Origin: Bacillota bacterium
GTDB taxonomy: Bacteria > Bacillota > Limnochordia > DTU087
Direction: 5' to 3'
Assembly (NCBI GenBank): GCA_012798955.1
Contig: JAAZMF010000145.1
Location: 15,450 to 79,449, forward strand
DNA: 64,000 bases
Part shown: positions 33,022-44,880 of the stretch, piece after piece
How positions within the stretch are numbered: position 1 is the first letter of the stretch
Layout: each line of letters begins with the position of its first letter
Notes under the pieces: model-generated
What the model saw: the letters and a program-made list of their open reading frames with translations, nothing else
Told to the model about the DNA's origin: nothing
Database searches by the model: none
Translations under genes and position numbers: made by a program

Positions 33022-33435
33022 TTACTTAGGGCGCTTGGCGCCGTATTTGGATCGGGCCTGTCTGCGATCACTTACACCAGCCGCATCTAATGTTCCCCGG
33101 ACGATATGATATCTAACGCCCGGCAGGTCCTTAATCCTGCCACCCCGAATCAGCACCACTGAGTGTTCCTGCAGGTTGTGACCTTCACCAGGTATATATG
33201 ACGTGACTTCGATGCCATTTGTCAATCGCACACGAGCCACTTTTCTCAGAGCGGAATTCGGTTTTTTGGGTGTATTGGTGTAAACCCTAGTACACACACC
33301 CCGCTTCTGCGGTGAACCAGGAACCCGGACTCTCTCGTTTTTCAGCGAGTTGTGCAAATAGCGCAAAGCTGGCGCCCCTGTCTTCTTCTTAACCTGTTGT
33401 CGGCCCTGACGGACTAACTGATTGATTGTTGGCAC
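33022..33435 (-). CDS. rpsL: 30S ribosomal protein S12
   Basis: [13 protein letters not shown]...[10 protein letters not shown]. Confidence 0.97.
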   Translation of the reverse strand: MPTINQLVRQGRQQVKKKTGAPALRYLHNSLKNERVRVPGSPQKRGVCTRVYTNTPKKPNSALRKVARVRLTNGIEVTSYIPGEGHNLQEHSVVLIRGGRIKDLPGVRYHIVRGTLDAAGVSDRRQARSKYGAKRPK

Positions 33436-33455
33436 TTTGCTCCCCCCTTCTTCAT

Positions 33456-33704
33456 TTATTTGAGAATAGCAGCAGCGGCCGCCCCTACATCAATACCGCA
33501 ATATCTGCCTAGCTGCTTCATAGAATCCACGTAGACAGTCTCCAGGTCTCTCTCCACACATAGCTGTCGTAAAGGCTCTATTACTTTTGGTTCGGCGTCT
33601 CGGGCTAAGTAGCACACTAGGGCCTCGCCATCTTTCAAAGCCCTCAATGTGCGTTTGGTGCCAACCAACCTACGCCTTGTCGTTTTTAGCCTATCTGGCA
33701 CCAA
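33456..33704 (-). CDS. L7Ae-family ribosome-associated protein (YbxF/RplGB-like)
   Basis: 82 aa, [27 protein letters not shown]. Conserved position between rpoC and rpsL in Bacillota. Confidence 0.85.
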   Translation of the reverse strand: MVPDRLKTTRRRLVGTKRTLRALKDGEALVCYLARDAEPKVIEPLRQLCVERDLETVYVDSMKQLGRYCGIDVGAAAAAILK

Positions 33705-33761
33705 AACATACCCCCCACCCTGAAACGTTGTGGCTCAAGACCTTGTTACACACACCAACAC

Positions 33762-33790
33762 ATTTTAGCACCGTCAGAAGTGCCTGTCAA
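33762..33790 (-). promoter_or_regulatory. sigma-A promoter of the L7Ae-rpsL-rpsG-fusA-tuf (str) operon
   Basis: Minus strand reads TTGACA (33790-33785), a 17-nt spacer ending in TGC, then TAAAAT (33767-33762), an extended -10. Confidence 0.7.
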
Positions 33791-33798
33791 GTAGTTGG

Positions 33799-33817
33799 GG
33801 CCGGCAAAAAGCCGGCC
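33799..33817 (-). terminator. GC hairpin just after rpoC (possible rpoBC terminator or processing site)
   Basis: GGCCGGC-TTTTT-GCCGGCC starts 18 nt after the rpoC stop. There is no U-tail on the minus strand, so it is weak as an intrinsic terminator. Confidence 0.35.
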
Positions 33818-33835
33818 ACTTTTCACTTAACATGC

Positions 33836-36800
33836 TTAGCCCGTGATTGCTTCTACTGTTTCTGCCTCTGTGGAGCCATTAACGGGCTCAGCCCCATCTG
33901 CAGGAGCTACTTGGACCGAGCGATAAAGGGACATGCCTGTACCGGCCGGTACTAGTTTACCAATAATCACATTTTCCTTAAGACCCAGCAAGGGATCGTA
34001 TTTACCCTTAATAGCCGCATCTGTCAAGACCCTAGTAGTTTCCTGGAAGGAAGCTGCCGATAGAAAACTCTCGGTAGCTAAGGCCGCCTTGGTAATACCT
34101 AAAAGAGCAGGTTTAGCTGTTGCAGGCTCTCCACCAGTCTCTATGACCCGGGCATTTTCCTCTTCAAACTCAAAGGCATCAACCAAACCACCAGGTAACA
34201 GGTCGGTATCGCCAGATCTTTCGACTTTCACTTTCCTGAGCATCTGCCGAATAATCACTTCGATATGCTTGTCATTGATGTCAACGCCCTGGGAGCGATA
34301 GACATCCTGAACTTCCCGGACTAGATAGGATTGAACTGCCCGCACCCCCTTGACTTTGAGGATGTCATGTGGGTTGACTGAGCCCTCAGTTAGCTGGTCT
34401 CCCGCTTCAACGTAGCCACCATCTTTGACTTTTAAGCGGGAACCATATGGTACTGTATAGCTTTCTTCATCGCCTTCTTCAGTGACCACAACAACTTTAC
34501 GAACACCCTTATTCTCGGTAATAGAGGTCTGACCAGACACCTCAGTGATGATAGCTTGGCCTTTAGGCTTTCGAGCTTCAAAAAGCTCCTCTACCCTTGG
34601 CAGACCGGCAGTAATATCATCACCGGCAACTCCACCGGTGTGGAAGGTTCTCATGGTTAGCTGGGTTCCCGGCTCCCCGATGGATTGGGCGGCAATGGTA
34701 CCTACAGCTTCCCCAACTTCAACGAGCTTGCCTGTGGCAAGATTGCGTCCATAGCAGTAGGCGCAGACACCATGACGAGTGCGACATGTTAGCACCGATC
34801 TAATCTCTGCGTGCTCAACACCTAGCTGTTCCACGTGCTCGGCTGTTTCTTCGTCGATGAGCTGGTTAGCCTCAACCAACACTTCTCCAGTTTCAGGGTG
34901 CAAGATGGGGGTTGCTGCCATACGACCAGTGAGCCTTTCACTTAAGGATTCGATCACTTGCTCAGAATCCCGCCCTACATCCTTGATGGCCTCCATGATC
35001 ACCCCATGATCAGTACCACAATCCACCTCACGGACGATTACATCTTGGGATACATCCACCAAACGTCTAGTTAAATAACCTGAGTCTGCTGTCCTTAGAG
35101 CCGTATCTGCAAGCCCCTTGCGGGTGCCATGGGTAGAATTGAAGTACTCCAGTACCGTTAAGCCCTCACGGAAGTTAGCTTTGATCGGTATTTCAATGGT
35201 CTTACCCGTGGGATCAGCTACCAGACCTCGCATGCCGGCTAACTGGCTAAGCTGTGATTCGTTACCACGGGCACCGGACCGGGCCATCATCCAAATGGGG
35301 TTAAAGTCATCACTATGCTCCCGCATAGCCTTAGTGACTTCATCCTTGGTCCTGGTCCAGATATCGCAGATACGCTGATACCGCTCTTCAGCAGTCAATA
35401 GGCCCCGGCGGTGCTGTTGCTCCACAATGTCTACTTGCTCTTCGGCAGCTTCAATCAAGGCCGGCTTTTCTGGAGGACTAGTTATGTCCTCTAGGGCTAC
35501 GGTGGTACCGGAAATGGTGGCATAGTGGAATCCTAAGGCCTTGACTTCATCTAAAACCTCAGCCGTACGCGTATTGCCAAAAGTCCGGTAAAGCCGTCCC
35601 ACTAGAGCCGCCAATTCCTTACTGCCTACAACTCCATTATAGAAACCCATTTCTTCGGGCAAAATCTCATTGAAGAAAATCCTACCTACAGTAGTCTCGA
35701 TCAATTCTCCCTTCCAACGCACAGTCACCTTAGCGTGGAGGTCCACCTGTTTGTCGGCATAGGCCATATGTGCCTCTTCTGGTGACGCAAAACGACGACC
35801 CTCACCCTTGGCACCCTCTTTCTTTTGGGTAAGGTAGTAACAACCAATGACCATATCCTGTGTGGGAGTTGTCACTGGACGTCCACTAGCAGGCAATAGA
35901 ATATTGTTGGTAGATAGCATTAGCAATCGAGCTTCCGCTTGCGCCTCAGCAGAAAGTGGCACGTGTACTGCCATCTGGTCACCATCAAAGTCAGCATTAT
36001 AAGCTGTACAGACCAATGGATGGATCTGAATAGCCCGCCCTTCCACCAGTACAGGCTCAAAGGCCTGAATACCCAAGCGGTGCAAAGTAGGTGCACGGTT
36101 AAGCATGACTGGGTGTTCTTTGATAACTTCCTCCAAAACGTCCCAAACTTCCGGTCTAACCCGTTCTACCATGCGCTTGGCGCTCTTAATATTATGGGCA
36201 TGGCCCTGGTCTACTAGTCGCTTCATCACAAAGGGCTTAAATAGCTCTAAAGCCATCTCCTTGGGCAAGCCGCACTGATGCATCTTAAGCTCGGGTCCCA
36301 CTACGATTACCGAACGACCGGAGTAGTCCACTCGCTTTCCAAGGAGGTTCTGGCGGAAACGTCCCTGTTTGCCCTTGAGCATATCAGATAGGGATTTCAG
36401 TGGCCTGTTGCCTGGGCCTGTCACTGGTCTGCCCCTACGGCCATTGTCTATCAGGGCATCCACGGCTTCCTGTAACATACGTTTTTCATTGCGAACAATA
36501 ATATCTGGAGCCCCAAGCTCCAAAAGGCGCTTGAGTCTATTGTTGCGGTTAATCACCCGGCGATATAGGTCATTTAAATCGGACGTAGCAAAACGGCCAC
36601 CGTCAAGCTGAACCATGGGCCTAAGCTCCGGAGGAATCACCGGAATTACATCCATAATCATCCATTCAGGACGGTTACCCGACTTCCGGAAAGCTTCGGA
36701 TACCTCCAATCGCCGGGTAGCTCTAACCCGACGTTGACCTGTGGTATCCTTGATCTCCTGACGTAACTCCTGGGAAAGCGCGTCTAGGTCAATGTCCTCA

Positions 36801-37336
36801 AGTAAGCGTTTAACAGCCTCTGCACCCATCCCCGCCTGGAAATTGACTCCTTCTTTATTGCGCATATCTCGATATTCTTGCTCATTTAAGAGCTGTTTAG
36901 GAGCTAACCCGGAGTCACCAGGATCAGTTACCACATATGAAGCAAAGTAGAGAATCTTCTCTAGCGTCCTAGGGGACATGTCTAGTATCAGGCCCATTCG
37001 GCTAGGAATCCCCTTAAAGTACCAGATATGGGATACCGACGCCGCCAATTCAATATGCCCCATACGTTCCCTACGGACTTTGGCCCGGGTAACTTCGACA
37101 CCACAGCGATCACAAACGATACCCTTGTAGCGCACCCGTTTGTACTTACCGCAATGGCATTCCCAGTCTTTAGTTGGGCCAAAGATCTTCTCACAGAAAA
37201 GGCCCTCCCGCTCCGGCTTGAGCGTACGATAGTTGATCGTCTCCGGTTTCTTAACTTCCCCACTAGACCAAGCCCGGATCTGCTCAGGAGAGGCTAAACC
37301 AATACGAATTGCATCAAAATTGTTGACATCCATCAT
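33836..37336 (-). CDS. rpoC: DNA-directed RNA polymerase subunit beta'
   Basis: Zinc motif [23 protein letters not shown] and catalytic NADFDGD. 1166 aa. Confidence 0.98.
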   Translation of the reverse strand: MMDVNNFDAIRIGLASPEQIRAWSSGEVKKPETINYRTLKPEREGLFCEKIFGPTKDWECHCGKYKRVRYKGIVCDRCGVEVTRAKVRRERMGHIELAASVSHIWYFKGIPSRMGLILDMSPRTLEKILYFASYVVTDPGDSGLAPKQLLNEQEYRDMRNKEGVNFQAGMGAEAVKRLLEDIDLDALSQELRQEIKDTTGQRRVRATRRLEVSEAFRKSGNRPEWMIMDVIPVIPPELRPMVQLDGGRFATSDLNDLYRRVINRNNRLKRLLELGAPDIIVRNEKRMLQEAVDALIDNGRRGRPVTGPGNRPLKSLSDMLKGKQGRFRQNLLGKRVDYSGRSVIVVGPELKMHQCGLPKEMALELFKPFVMKRLVDQGHAHNIKSAKRMVERVRPEVWDVLEEVIKEHPVMLNRAPTLHRLGIQAFEPVLVEGRAIQIHPLVCTAYNADFDGDQMAVHVPLSAEAQAEARLLMLSTNNILLPASGRPVTTPTQDMVIGCYYLTQKKEGAKGEGRRFASPEEAHMAYADKQVDLHAKVTVRWKGELIETTVGRIFFNEILPEEMGFYNGVVGSKELAALVGRLYRTFGNTRTAEVLDEVKALGFHYATISGTTVALEDITSPPEKPALIEAAEEQVDIVEQQHRRGLLTAEERYQRICDIWTRTKDEVTKAMREHSDDFNPIWMMARSGARGNESQLSQLAGMRGLVADPTGKTIEIPIKANFREGLTVLEYFNSTHGTRKGLADTALRTADSGYLTRRLVDVSQDVIVREVDCGTDHGVIMEAIKDVGRDSEQVIESLSERLTGRMAATPILHPETGEVLVEANQLIDEETAEHVEQLGVEHAEIRSVLTCRTRHGVCAYCYGRNLATGKLVEVGEAVGTIAAQSIGEPGTQLTMRTFHTGGVAGDDITAGLPRVEELFEARKPKGQAIITEVSGQTSITENKGVRKVVVVTEEGDEESYTVPYGSRLKVKDGGYVEAGDQLTEGSVNPHDILKVKGVRAVQSYLVREVQDVYRSQGVDINDKHIEVIIRQMLRKVKVERSGDTDLLPGGLVDAFEFEEENARVIETGGEPATAKPALLGITKAALATESFLSAASFQETTRVLTDAAIKGKYDPLLGLKENVIIGKLVPAGTGMSLYRSVQVAPADGAEPVNGSTEAETVEAITG

Positions 37337-37414
37337 GAAGCAACCACTCCTCTTGTCTAAACCCTCTGGAACAAAAGGTGATGGAGCTCGCTAGAACCCC
37401 GTTAACAACTTGCT

Positions 37415-40400
37415 TTATAGATCGTCGTCAGCATCGTCGTCAGCATCGCCGTCATCATCATATCCACGTCTCCGCCCCAAGAAGTTATCCTCGTCATCAT
37501 CCTGGACATCGTCGGAGTCTTCGCCATCATACTCTGTTTCTTCGAAGTCATCAAACTCGTCATCAGCTTCATCAGCTTCATCGGCTTCATCGGGTTCTAG
37601 AATCTCTTCCTCATCATCGGTTTCTATTTCCGATTCCACCATGACAGAATCGTTCCGCCGCTTCGGTGGCGTCGTGTCATCATCACTGTCAGTCTCCCGG
37701 GCAACCTCATTGGCCTTCTGCCGAACCCGGCCCACTTCCCGAGTTTGAATATCTATACCAAGCTCCCGGGCCATCTCACTTACATCCTCGTCAACTTCCT
37801 TAATCTCAACTTCTTCTTGTTCACTGAAAACCCGCACATCTAGACTCAGGCTCTGCAATTCTTTAATAAGCACCTTGAATGACTCAGGTACACCAGGCTC
37901 CGGTATATTGTCACCCTTAACAATGGCCTCATAGGTTTTCACCCTACCCACTACATCATCGGATTTGACCGTGAGCAATTCCTGCAGAGTATAAGCTGCT
38001 CCGTAGGCCTCTAAGGCCCAGACTTCCATCTCACCAAAGCGCTGGCCACCAAATTGAGCCTTACCACCTAATGGTTGCTGAGTCACTAGGGAGTATGGCC
38101 CTGTGGAACGAGCATGGATTTTGTCATCTACTAGATGGGCCAATTTCAACATATAGATGTAACCCACTGTTACGTCATTTTCAAAAGATTCCCCGGTGCG
38201 GCCATCATATAAACGGATTTTCCCATTCTTGGGCAAGCCCACTTCTTCTAGCATGCTAACAATGTCATCTTCATGGGCACCATCAAAAACCGGTGTATAA
38301 ACTTGCATCCCCATTGCGGCCGCGGCCCAACCCAAGTGGGTCTCCAATACTTGACCGATATTCATACGGGAGGGCACCCCTAGTGGATTCAACACAATGT
38401 CTACTGCCCTACCATCAGGTAAAAACGGCATATCCTCTTCAGGCATAATGCGGGCTATGACTCCCTTGTTCCCGTGGCGACCCGCCATCTTGTCACCTTC
38501 AGAGACTTTGCGCTTCTGCGCGATATATACCCTGACTAGACGATTGACACCTGGTGATAGCTCATCACCATTCTCCCGGGAGAAAACCTTCACGTCAACA
38601 ATTGTGCCACCTTCACCGTGGGGAACACGAAGTGAAGTATCCCGGACCTCCCGGGCCTTCTCACCGAAAATCGCCCTCAGTAGGCGCTCCTCGGCTGTAA
38701 GCTCAGTCTCACCCTTGGGGGTGACCTTGCCTACCAAAATATCTCCCGGTTGGACCTCCGCACCGATGCGGATAATGCCCCGTGAATCGAGATCTTTAAG
38801 CACATCCTCTCCCACATTGGGGATATCTCTAGTAATCTCTTCAGAGCCCAACTTGGTATCCCGGGCCTGCGCCTCGTATTCCTCGATGTGAATCGATGTG
38901 AAAATATCGTGTTTGACCAAGTTCTCATTGATCAAAATAGCATCTTCATAGTTGTAGCCTTCCCAGGGCATAAAGGCCACCAAGACGTTACGTCCTAATG
39001 CCAACTCGCCCTTGTCTGTGGAGGGGCCATCGGCAATTATCTCACCAGCATCGATCCGTTGCCCTTTTTTGACAAGTGGCCGCTGATTTATGCAAGTCCC
39101 CTGATTGGAGCGCTCGAATTTCATCAGATGATAAACATCCCGGCCCCCGGAATCATTGCGAATGACAATCTCGTCTGCCACCACTTTTTCCACAATGCCG
39201 GCATGCTTAGCAACAACCAAGACACCGGAATCGAGTGCCGTCCTAAACTCCATACCTGTGCCAACAAAGGCGGCTTGGGTCCGGAGCAAAGGCACTGCCT
39301 GACGCTGCATGTTAGAGCCCATCAAGGCCCGAGAGGCATCATCATTTTCCAAAAAGGGAATCAAAGCAGTAGCTACACTAACTAGCTGTTTTGGAGATAC
39401 GTCCATAAAATCCACTTGCTCCGCAGGTACCAGAAGAATCCTATCCATATAACGGACAGTAACCCGAGGGTGGATGAAACGCCCCTCTTCATCTAGAGGT
39501 TCGTTGGCCTGGGCCACAACATAGTTGTCCTCCTCATCAGCAGTTAGATACCGAACCTCTGCAGTGACCCGGCCGGCATCAACCCGGCGGTACGGTGTTT
39601 CGATAAATCCATACTGATTGACCCTGGCATAGGTGCACAAAGAACCGATCAGGCCAATATTAGGGCCTTCCGGCGTCTCAATGGGACACATGCGCCCGTA
39701 GTGTGAATGATGCACGTCTCTAACTTCAAACCCAGCCCTCTCTCTGCTTAAACCACCAGGTCCCAAAGCAGACAACCGTCGCTTATGTGTTAGCTCTGCC
39801 AAAGGATTTGTCTGGTCCATGAACTGGGAAAGCTGGCTACTGCCAAAAAACTCTTTAATTGCAGCTACTACAGGCCGGATATTAATCAAAGCCTGGGGTG
39901 TGATAATATCCACATCCTGGATGGTCATACGTTCCCGCACAACTCGCTCCATCCGAGACAAGCCAATTCTAAACTGATTCTGTAAAAGCTCGCCCACGGC
40001 CTTTAGCCGTCTATTGCCTAAATGATCAATATCATCAACACTGCCAATGCCACTCATGAGATTGAGGAGATAACCCACTATGGCCACGATATCGTCGGGC
40101 GTTATGGCCCTAGCTTCGTCGCTTGGTTGACCATTACCGATAATCTTGATCTCTTCATCATCTTTGCCCTTGATGAAAACTCCATTGACTCGAGCCTCTG
40201 CTATCTGCTCGGCTAAACGCCTATCAATGCGGGAATTGGCATCAATTAGAATCTCACCAGTTTCAGGATGTACCACCGGTCGGGTCGTTGTCCTTCCCGT
40301 TATTCGTTCAGTGATACGCAACTTTTTGTTGATCTTATAACGCCCTACTGTAGCTAAATCGTACCGCTTTCGATCGTAGAACAAAGTTTCAAAAAGGCTC

Positions 40401-41152
40401 CTGGCTGACTCTTCTGCAGGGGGCTCCCCAGGCCTGAGACGCTTGTAAATCTCAATCAGCCCTTCACCTTCTGTTTGGGCACTATCTTTATCTAAGGTGG
40501 GCGCTAGGAATGGGTTATCATTGTACAACTCAATAAGCTGGGCATTGGTACCATATCCCACAGCACGCAAAAGCACGGATACCGGTAACTTACGTGTCCT
40601 GTCCACCCGGACCCAGATCACGTCATTGGCATCTGTTTCAAATTCTAGCCATGCACCTCGGTTGGGAATAATACTAACACTGTATATATACTTGCCATTG
40701 GCGTCGATCTCCCGGCCATAGTAGACCCCAGGGGATCTCACCAGCTGGCTAACAATGACCCGCTCTGCCCCATTTATAATAAAGGTCCCTTGTTCAGTCA
40801 TAAGTGGAAAGTCTCCCATGAAGACTTCCTGTTCCTTTACTTCACCGGTTTCTTTGTTAATCAGGCGGGCTCGCACCTTCAATGGAGCGGCATAAGTTAC
40901 ATCTCTATCTTTGCACTCTTCTACACTATACTTAGGCTCGCCAAGGGCGTGATCGATAAACTCCAGCACCAAATTGCCGGTAAAATCTTCAATGGGGGAA
41001 ATATCTTCGAACATTTCCAGCAGGCCCTCATTGAGAAACCACTCATACGATGTACGCTGGATATCAATGAGATTCGGCATATCAAGCACTTCTCTGATCT
41101 TGCCGAAATTCCGCTGCTTCCTTTCACCTACTACTTGTGTCACCGCAGCCAA
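37415..41152 (-). CDS. rpoB: DNA-directed RNA polymerase subunit beta, with long polyacidic C-terminal tail
   Basis: [15 protein letters not shown]...GRHGNKGV... TTG 41152 lies 8-11 nt after GAAGGAGAGG. The track ORF N-extension to 41311 is non-homologous. Confidence 0.96.
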   Translation of the reverse strand: MAAVTQVVGERKQRNFGKIREVLDMPNLIDIQRTSYEWFLNEGLLEMFEDISPIEDFTGNLVLEFIDHALGEPKYSVEECKDRDVTYAAPLKVRARLINKETGEVKEQEVFMGDFPLMTEQGTFIINGAERVIVSQLVRSPGVYYGREIDANGKYIYSVSIIPNRGAWLEFETDANDVIWVRVDRTRKLPVSVLLRAVGYGTNAQLIELYNDNPFLAPTLDKDSAQTEGEGLIEIYKRLRPGEPPAEESARSLFETLFYDRKRYDLATVGRYKINKKLRITERITGRTTTRPVVHPETGEILIDANSRIDRRLAEQIAEARVNGVFIKGKDDEEIKIIGNGQPSDEARAITPDDIVAIVGYLLNLMSGIGSVDDIDHLGNRRLKAVGELLQNQFRIGLSRMERVVRERMTIQDVDIITPQALINIRPVVAAIKEFFGSSQLSQFMDQTNPLAELTHKRRLSALGPGGLSRERAGFEVRDVHHSHYGRMCPIETPEGPNIGLIGSLCTYARVNQYGFIETPYRRVDAGRVTAEVRYLTADEEDNYVVAQANEPLDEEGRFIHPRVTVRYMDRILLVPAEQVDFMDVSPKQLVSVATALIPFLENDDASRALMGSNMQRQAVPLLRTQAAFVGTGMEFRTALDSGVLVVAKHAGIVEKVVADEIVIRNDSGGRDVYHLMKFERSNQGTCINQRPLVKKGQRIDAGEIIADGPSTDKGELALGRNVLVAFMPWEGYNYEDAILINENLVKHDIFTSIHIEEYEAQARDTKLGSEEITRDIPNVGEDVLKDLDSRGIIRIGAEVQPGDILVGKVTPKGETELTAEERLLRAIFGEKAREVRDTSLRVPHGEGGTIVDVKVFSRENGDELSPGVNRLVRVYIAQKRKVSEGDKMAGRHGNKGVIARIMPEEDMPFLPDGRAVDIVLNPLGVPSRMNIGQVLETHLGWAAAAMGMQVYTPVFDGAHEDDIVSMLEEVGLPKNGKIRLYDGRTGESFENDVTVGYIYMLKLAHLVDDKIHARSTGPYSLVTQQPLGGKAQFGGQRFGEMEVWALEAYGAAYTLQELLTVKSDDVVGRVKTYEAIVKGDNIPEPGVPESFKVLIKELQSLSLDVRVFSEQEEVEIKEVDEDVSEMARELGIDIQTREVGRVRQKANEVARETDSDDDTTPPKRRNDSVMVESEIETDDEEEILEPDEADEADEADDEFDDFEETEYDGEDSDDVQDDDEDNFLGRRRGYDDDGDADDDADDDL
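37421..37456. repeat. in-frame 12-bp tandem repeat (3 units) at the rpoB 3' end
   Basis: Units ATCGTCGTCAGC, ATCGTCGTCAGC, ATCGCCGTCATC. Encodes ...[11 protein letters not shown]. Confidence 0.85.
37561..37596. repeat. in-frame 9-bp tandem repeat (4 units) in the rpoB tail
   Basis: Units CATCAGCTT, CATCAGCTT, CATCGGCTT, CATCGGGTT. Encodes [12 protein letters not shown]. Confidence 0.85.
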
Positions 41153-41430
41153 AGTGCCCACCTCTCCTTCAGGTTCTCCGTTCTTTACACCAAGCCAGAG
41201 ATACCAAGCCTTAGGCCAAGCCCCTACAGCAAGAAATGGGAGACCGGTATCTACGCCTTTGCATAGACCTCTCCCTCGTTTTCCTACTCGGCCTTGCCCA
41301 CCAGACTGCAAAGCACACCTTTTAGCATTCGTCTCTTACTCTGGAAATATGCACTAGATTGTAAATCTTGGCCAGCCGCCCTCATTGATCCCTGTATTAT
41401 GACACAATATCCCTACTATAACACTAAATG

Positions 41431-41460
41431 ATTTTACCATGTTGGATTAGGTCTTGTCAA
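41431..41460 (-). promoter_or_regulatory. sigma-A promoter dedicated to rpoB-rpoC
   Basis: Minus strand reads TTGACA (41460-41455), an 18-nt spacer ending in TGG, then TAAAAT (41436-41431). It lies about 280 nt upstream of the rpoB start. Confidence 0.7.
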
Positions 41461-41515
41461 GGGTATTTGCCATAGGTCCATTGGGAGGTGACAGGGTAAT
41501 GTTGGGGGAGCAAAT

Positions 41516-41535
41516 GGGGCGAGGTGTCTCGCCCC
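41516..41535 (-). terminator. hairpin after rplL (partial terminator or attenuator)
   Basis: GGGGCGAG-acac-CTCGCCCC then ATTTGCT on the minus strand, 18 nt after the rplL stop. The U-tract is short. Confidence 0.5.
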
Positions 41536-41553
41536 ATGGGGTTTTTACTAGTA

Positions 41554-41925
41554 TTACTTGATTTCGACGATGCCGCCGACCTCTTCCAATTTAGCCTTAA
41601 GGTCTTCGGCCTCTTCCTTGGAGACACCCTCTTTGATGGCCTTAGGAGCCTCGTCCACAACTGCCTTGGCTTCTTTAAGGCCGAGGCCGGTGATTTCACG
41701 GACAACTTTGATAACCTGGATCTTCTTGTCACCAGGGCCCGTGAGAATTACGTCAAACTCAGTCTGCTCTTCTTCCTCAGCAGCTGCCTGAGCCCCTGGC
41801 ATAGCTGCCATAGCTACAGGTGCGGCAGCAGAAACTCCAAACCGCTCCTCAATGGCCTTAACTAGTTCTGATAGCTCCAACACCGTCATATTTTCAATAG
41901 CCGTTAACATATCCTCTTTAGTCAC
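41554..41925 (-). CDS. rplL: 50S ribosomal protein L7/L12
   Basis: [30 protein letters not shown]...[12 protein letters not shown] 41925 lies 8 nt after GATGAGGAGG. The track ORF extends to 41955. Confidence 0.95.
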   Translation of the reverse strand: MTKEDMLTAIENMTVLELSELVKAIEERFGVSAAAPVAMAAMPGAQAAAEEEEQTEFDVILTGPGDKKIQVIKVVREITGLGLKEAKAVVDEAPKAIKEGVSKEEAEDLKAKLEEVGGIVEIK

Positions 41926-42003
41926 TTTGATTGCCTCCTCATCCAATTTGGACAACTAGTACTTTGTAAATCAATCATCCTAAACTCTAGGCTACTCTAG
42001 GCA

Positions 42004-42549
42004 CTAAGCCCCAGCCGCTTCCTTTTGTTCACGGACAGCTTCCAAAGCATATGCCAAGTTGCGAATCGTCCCCTGCAGTGCGTTGGCCAGCCCACTAATT
42101 GGCCCTTGCATTGCCCTGAGTAACATGGATAGTAGCTCTTCTCGGGATGGTAAATCAGCCAAGGCCTGAATTTGCTGCACATCAATGACAGTGCCCTGCA
42201 ATACCCCACCCTTGATCTCCAAATCCTTATGGATACGGGCAAATTCGTTGATAATCTTAGCCGCGGCAACAGGCTCGTCATACCCAAAGGCCATGGCAGT
42301 AGGCCCAACTAGGTATTCAGCTAGCTCCGGTAGGTCAATTTCCTGTGCTGCAATAGTAGTCAAGGTGTTCTTGGCAACCTTGTATTCCACACCAGCCGCG
42401 TATAGCTGTCTGCGCAACTCCGTGATCTCGCCTACATCCAGACCTCGGTAATCAGTTACGATCACACTTTCAGCCTTGCTCAGCTTCTCTTTTAGTTCTT
42501 CTACTACAGCGACTTTTTCTGGTCTCGCCACCGTTCTCACCTCCGTCAT
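42004..42549 (-). CDS. rplJ: 50S ribosomal protein L10
   Basis: KVAVVEELKEKLSKAESVIVTDYRGLDVGEITELR. Confidence 0.96.
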   Translation of the reverse strand: MTEVRTVARPEKVAVVEELKEKLSKAESVIVTDYRGLDVGEITELRRQLYAAGVEYKVAKNTLTTIAAQEIDLPELAEYLVGPTAMAFGYDEPVAAAKIINEFARIHKDLEIKGGVLQGTVIDVQQIQALADLPSREELLSMLLRAMQGPISGLANALQGTIRNLAYALEAVREQKEAAGA

Positions 42550-42737
42550 ATAACCTTAAGCAACAAAAAAGACCCCACAGACATAGTCTAGAGGGCCTTA
42601 TAGCACCATGCAGAAAATCACAGGTTCCTATGCCTCTAGCCTCGGTTGGCGGAAAGCTCCATTAAGTCTCCCTGGGACACCGACTGTCTTTGGCTTGGCT
42701 ATTACGATTTAGTTTTTCCTTAATACAACAAACAGGG
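42550..42737 (-). promoter_or_regulatory. rplJ-rplL leader (candidate L10-leader attenuator)
   Basis: 188-nt rplA-rplJ spacer. It ends in the hairpin CCCTCTAGAC-tat-GTCTGTGGGG plus TCTTTTTTG (42563-42595), 13 nt before the rplJ ATG. Firmicute L10 leaders use such a terminator. Confidence 0.5.
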
Positions 42738-43457
42738 TCAGTCTTCCTCTTTTTCGGTTAGCGCGTTGACAATATCCTGGGGGCTAATCCTCACTCCAGG
42801 CCCCATAGTGGATGCTATAGCAACCCTGCGCAAATATTGACCTTTAGTTGCCGGTGGACGTGCCTTCAAAATGGCGTCCATAAGCACCCGTAAGTTATCG
42901 GCCAGAGCCCTAGCACTAAAGGACGCTTTGCCAATGGGTACATGCATACCAGCTGCCCTATCTACGCGGTATTCAATCTTACCAGCCTTTAGCTCTTCAA
43001 CGGCTTTACCTACTTCAAAGGTCACAGTGCCAGCCTTCGGATTCGGCATCAAACCCCTGGGTCCTAGAACTCGCCCAAGGCGACCTACCATACCCATCAT
43101 GTCCGGCGTAGCCACTGATACATCAAAATCCAAAAAACCACCCTGCACCTTTTCCACCAGATCTTCTGCACCGACTACATCGGCTCCAGCAGCTTCTGCT
43201 TGTCTGGCATGCTCACCCTTGGCAAATACGGCAACCCGCACACTTTTGCCAGTTCCGTGGGGTAGTACCACAGTTCCACGCACTTGCTGATCTGCGTGCC
43301 TGGGATCAACCCCTAACTTTAGAGCTACCTCGATAGTCTCGTCAAACTTAGCAGTAGCAGTCTTTTTCACAAGTTCAATTGCTTCCAGTGGGGAATATAG
43401 CTGTTCAGAATCGACGAGCTGAACTGCTTCTTTATACCTCTTACCCCGTTTAGCCAT
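42738..43457 (-). CDS. rplA: 50S ribosomal protein L1
   Basis: [16 protein letters not shown]...[14 protein letters not shown]. Confidence 0.97.
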   Translation of the reverse strand: MAKRGKRYKEAVQLVDSEQLYSPLEAIELVKKTATAKFDETIEVALKLGVDPRHADQQVRGTVVLPHGTGKSVRVAVFAKGEHARQAEAAGADVVGAEDLVEKVQGGFLDFDVSVATPDMMGMVGRLGRVLGPRGLMPNPKAGTVTFEVGKAVEELKAGKIEYRVDRAAGMHVPIGKASFSARALADNLRVLMDAILKARPPATKGQYLRRVAIASTMGPGVRISPQDIVNALTEKEED

Positions 43458-43533
43458 AGTGTATCTTCCTTCCTTGTGGTAATAGCGGAAAATCCTCCCA
43501 CAAACGCCCTAGACCTTGATGATTTGCCCTTGG

Positions 43534-43956
43534 TTATCTTACTTCAAGGCCCATACTTCGGGCTGTGCCCTCAACCATGCGCATAGCCGCTTCCACGTCA
43601 TTGGCATTCAAGTCGGGCATCTTTAGCTCCGCAATCTCCCTGATCTGCTCCCTGGTCACCTTACCCACTTTCTGTAGGTTTGGTGTGCCCGAGGCCCTTT
43701 CCAACCCGGCAGCCTGCTTCAATAGCACAGCAGCTGGCGGAGTTTTGGTAATGAAGGTAAAGGAGCGATCCTCGTAGACAGTAATCACAACAGGTATAAT
43801 CATGCCGGCCTGGTTAGCGGTCCGCTCATTGAAGGTCTTGCAAAACTCCATGATATTAACACCATGCTGACCCAGAGCCGGTCCTACCGGTGGCGCTGGG
43901 TTGGCCTTCCCTGCCCGAACCTGTAATTTGACAAGGGCGGCTACTTTCTTAGCCAA
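43534..43956 (-). CDS. rplK: 50S ribosomal protein L11
   Basis: (L)[36 protein letters not shown] 43956 lies 8 nt after AAGGAGG. The track ORF extends to 43974. Confidence 0.95.
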   Translation of the reverse strand: MAKKVAALVKLQVRAGKANPAPPVGPALGQHGVNIMEFCKTFNERTANQAGMIIPVVITVYEDRSFTFITKTPPAAVLLKQAAGLERASGTPNLQKVGKVTREQIREIAELKMPDLNANDVEAAMRMVEGTARSMGLEVR

Positions 43957-43987
43957 TTTACCCACCTCCTTCACACTCTTGGCAAAA

Positions 43988-44557
43988 TCACGCCTTCTCT
44001 ACTTGACCGAAATTGAGCTCCACCGGCGTATCCCGCCCAAACACTGATACAATCACCCGGAGTTTGCCTCTTTCCAAGTTAACCTCTTCAATAGTGCCCG
44101 TAAAATTGACAAAGGGCCCATCAATAACCTGTACGTTATCGCCAGCGGAATAGGCAATCTTGGGCTTTTGCTGCTCAAACCCCATTTGCTCACGTATGGA
44201 TTGCATCTCGTGTAGCATCAAAGGAATAGGTTTGTTGCCGGAGCCTACAAAACCAGTAACCCCAGGGGTATTACGCACGACATACCAGGAGTCGTCGCTC
44301 ATCTCCATTTGCACCAGTACATAGCCGGGAAAGATCTTCTTTTTCACAAGCTTCTTTTTCCCATCTTTGAAGTCAATTTCTTCTTCTGTGGGAACTAGCA
44401 CCGCGAAAATCTTGTCTTCCATGGCCATGGACTCTACTCGGCGCTCTAGATTAGTTTTGACTTTATTCTCATAGCCTGAATAGGTATGAATAACATACCA
44501 CTGGGCGTCCTGAGCCTGGATATCATCCATGATAAAAAGGGGAGCGCAGGTGTTCAC
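43988..44557 (-). CDS. nusG: transcription termination/antitermination factor NusG
   Basis: [14 protein letters not shown]...KOW motif [14 protein letters not shown] 44557 has GAGGGGG upstream; the alternative ATG is at 44530. Confidence 0.95.
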   Translation of the reverse strand: MNTCAPLFIMDDIQAQDAQWYVIHTYSGYENKVKTNLERRVESMAMEDKIFAVLVPTEEEIDFKDGKKKLVKKKIFPGYVLVQMEMSDDSWYVVRNTPGVTGFVGSGNKPIPLMLHEMQSIREQMGFEQQKPKIAYSAGDNVQVIDGPFVNFTGTIEEVNLERGKLRVIVSVFGRDTPVELNFGQVEKA

Positions 44558-44567
44558 ACCGGCCCCC

Positions 44568-44798
44568 TCACCCCCTTAGTCTTCGCAATAGGTAGAGGAG
44601 TTGACCAAAAGTAATATCTACCAAGCTGATAAACACTGATACCACTGCCACTGTTACAATCACCACGACTGTATATGTGGTCAGCTCTTTGCGATTAGGC
44701 CACACGACTTTTCGGAGTTCTGCCCGAACTTCTCTAAGAAATCGGCCGACCCGCTCCATCAGTGGCTTTTTCGCAGTCTTAGTGGTTGGTGCTGCCAT
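44568..44798 (-). CDS. secE: preprotein translocase subunit SecE
   Basis: [24 protein letters not shown] plus one TM segment. ATG 44798 follows AAGGAAG. The track ORF (GTG) extends to 44807. Confidence 0.93.
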   Translation of the reverse strand: MAAPTTKTAKKPLMERVGRFLREVRAELRKVVWPNRKELTTYTVVVIVTVAVVSVFISLVDITFGQLLYLLRRLRG

Positions 44799-44880
44799 CT
44801 GTTTCACTTCCTTACACGGGGCACGTCACAGGCCAACCTGCCTGCAGATGCTATTACCCGCCGAGTTGGAAAGTATGGGG

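Noticed and set aside
33799-33817. GGCCGGC-aaaaa-GCCGGCC hairpin read as a plus-strand terminator, since it is followed by CACTTTTCAC on the plus strand.
   Set aside because: No plus-strand gene ends nearby. It lies immediately after minus-strand rpoC, so it is kept only as a low-confidence minus-strand hairpin.
37378-37748. Plus-strand ORFs encoding His/Arg-rich ([10 protein letters not shown]...) and Ser-rich low-complexity proteins.
   Set aside because: They are reverse-complement shadows of the GAT/GAC/GAA-rich rpoB acidic tail. They have no SD and lie entirely inside a highly conserved gene.
41153-41311. N-terminal 53-residue extension of the rpoB track ORF.
   Set aside because: The extension ([15 protein letters not shown]...) has no similarity to RpoB N-termini. 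An SD (GAAGGAGAGG) precedes TTG 41152, after which homology ([26 protein letters not shown]) begins.
41457-41732. 91-aa minus-strand ORF spanning the rplL 3' end and the rplL-rpoB spacer.
   Set aside because: It is out of frame with rplL, its product is basic and low-complexity, and it crosses the rplL terminator hairpin and the rpoB promoter.
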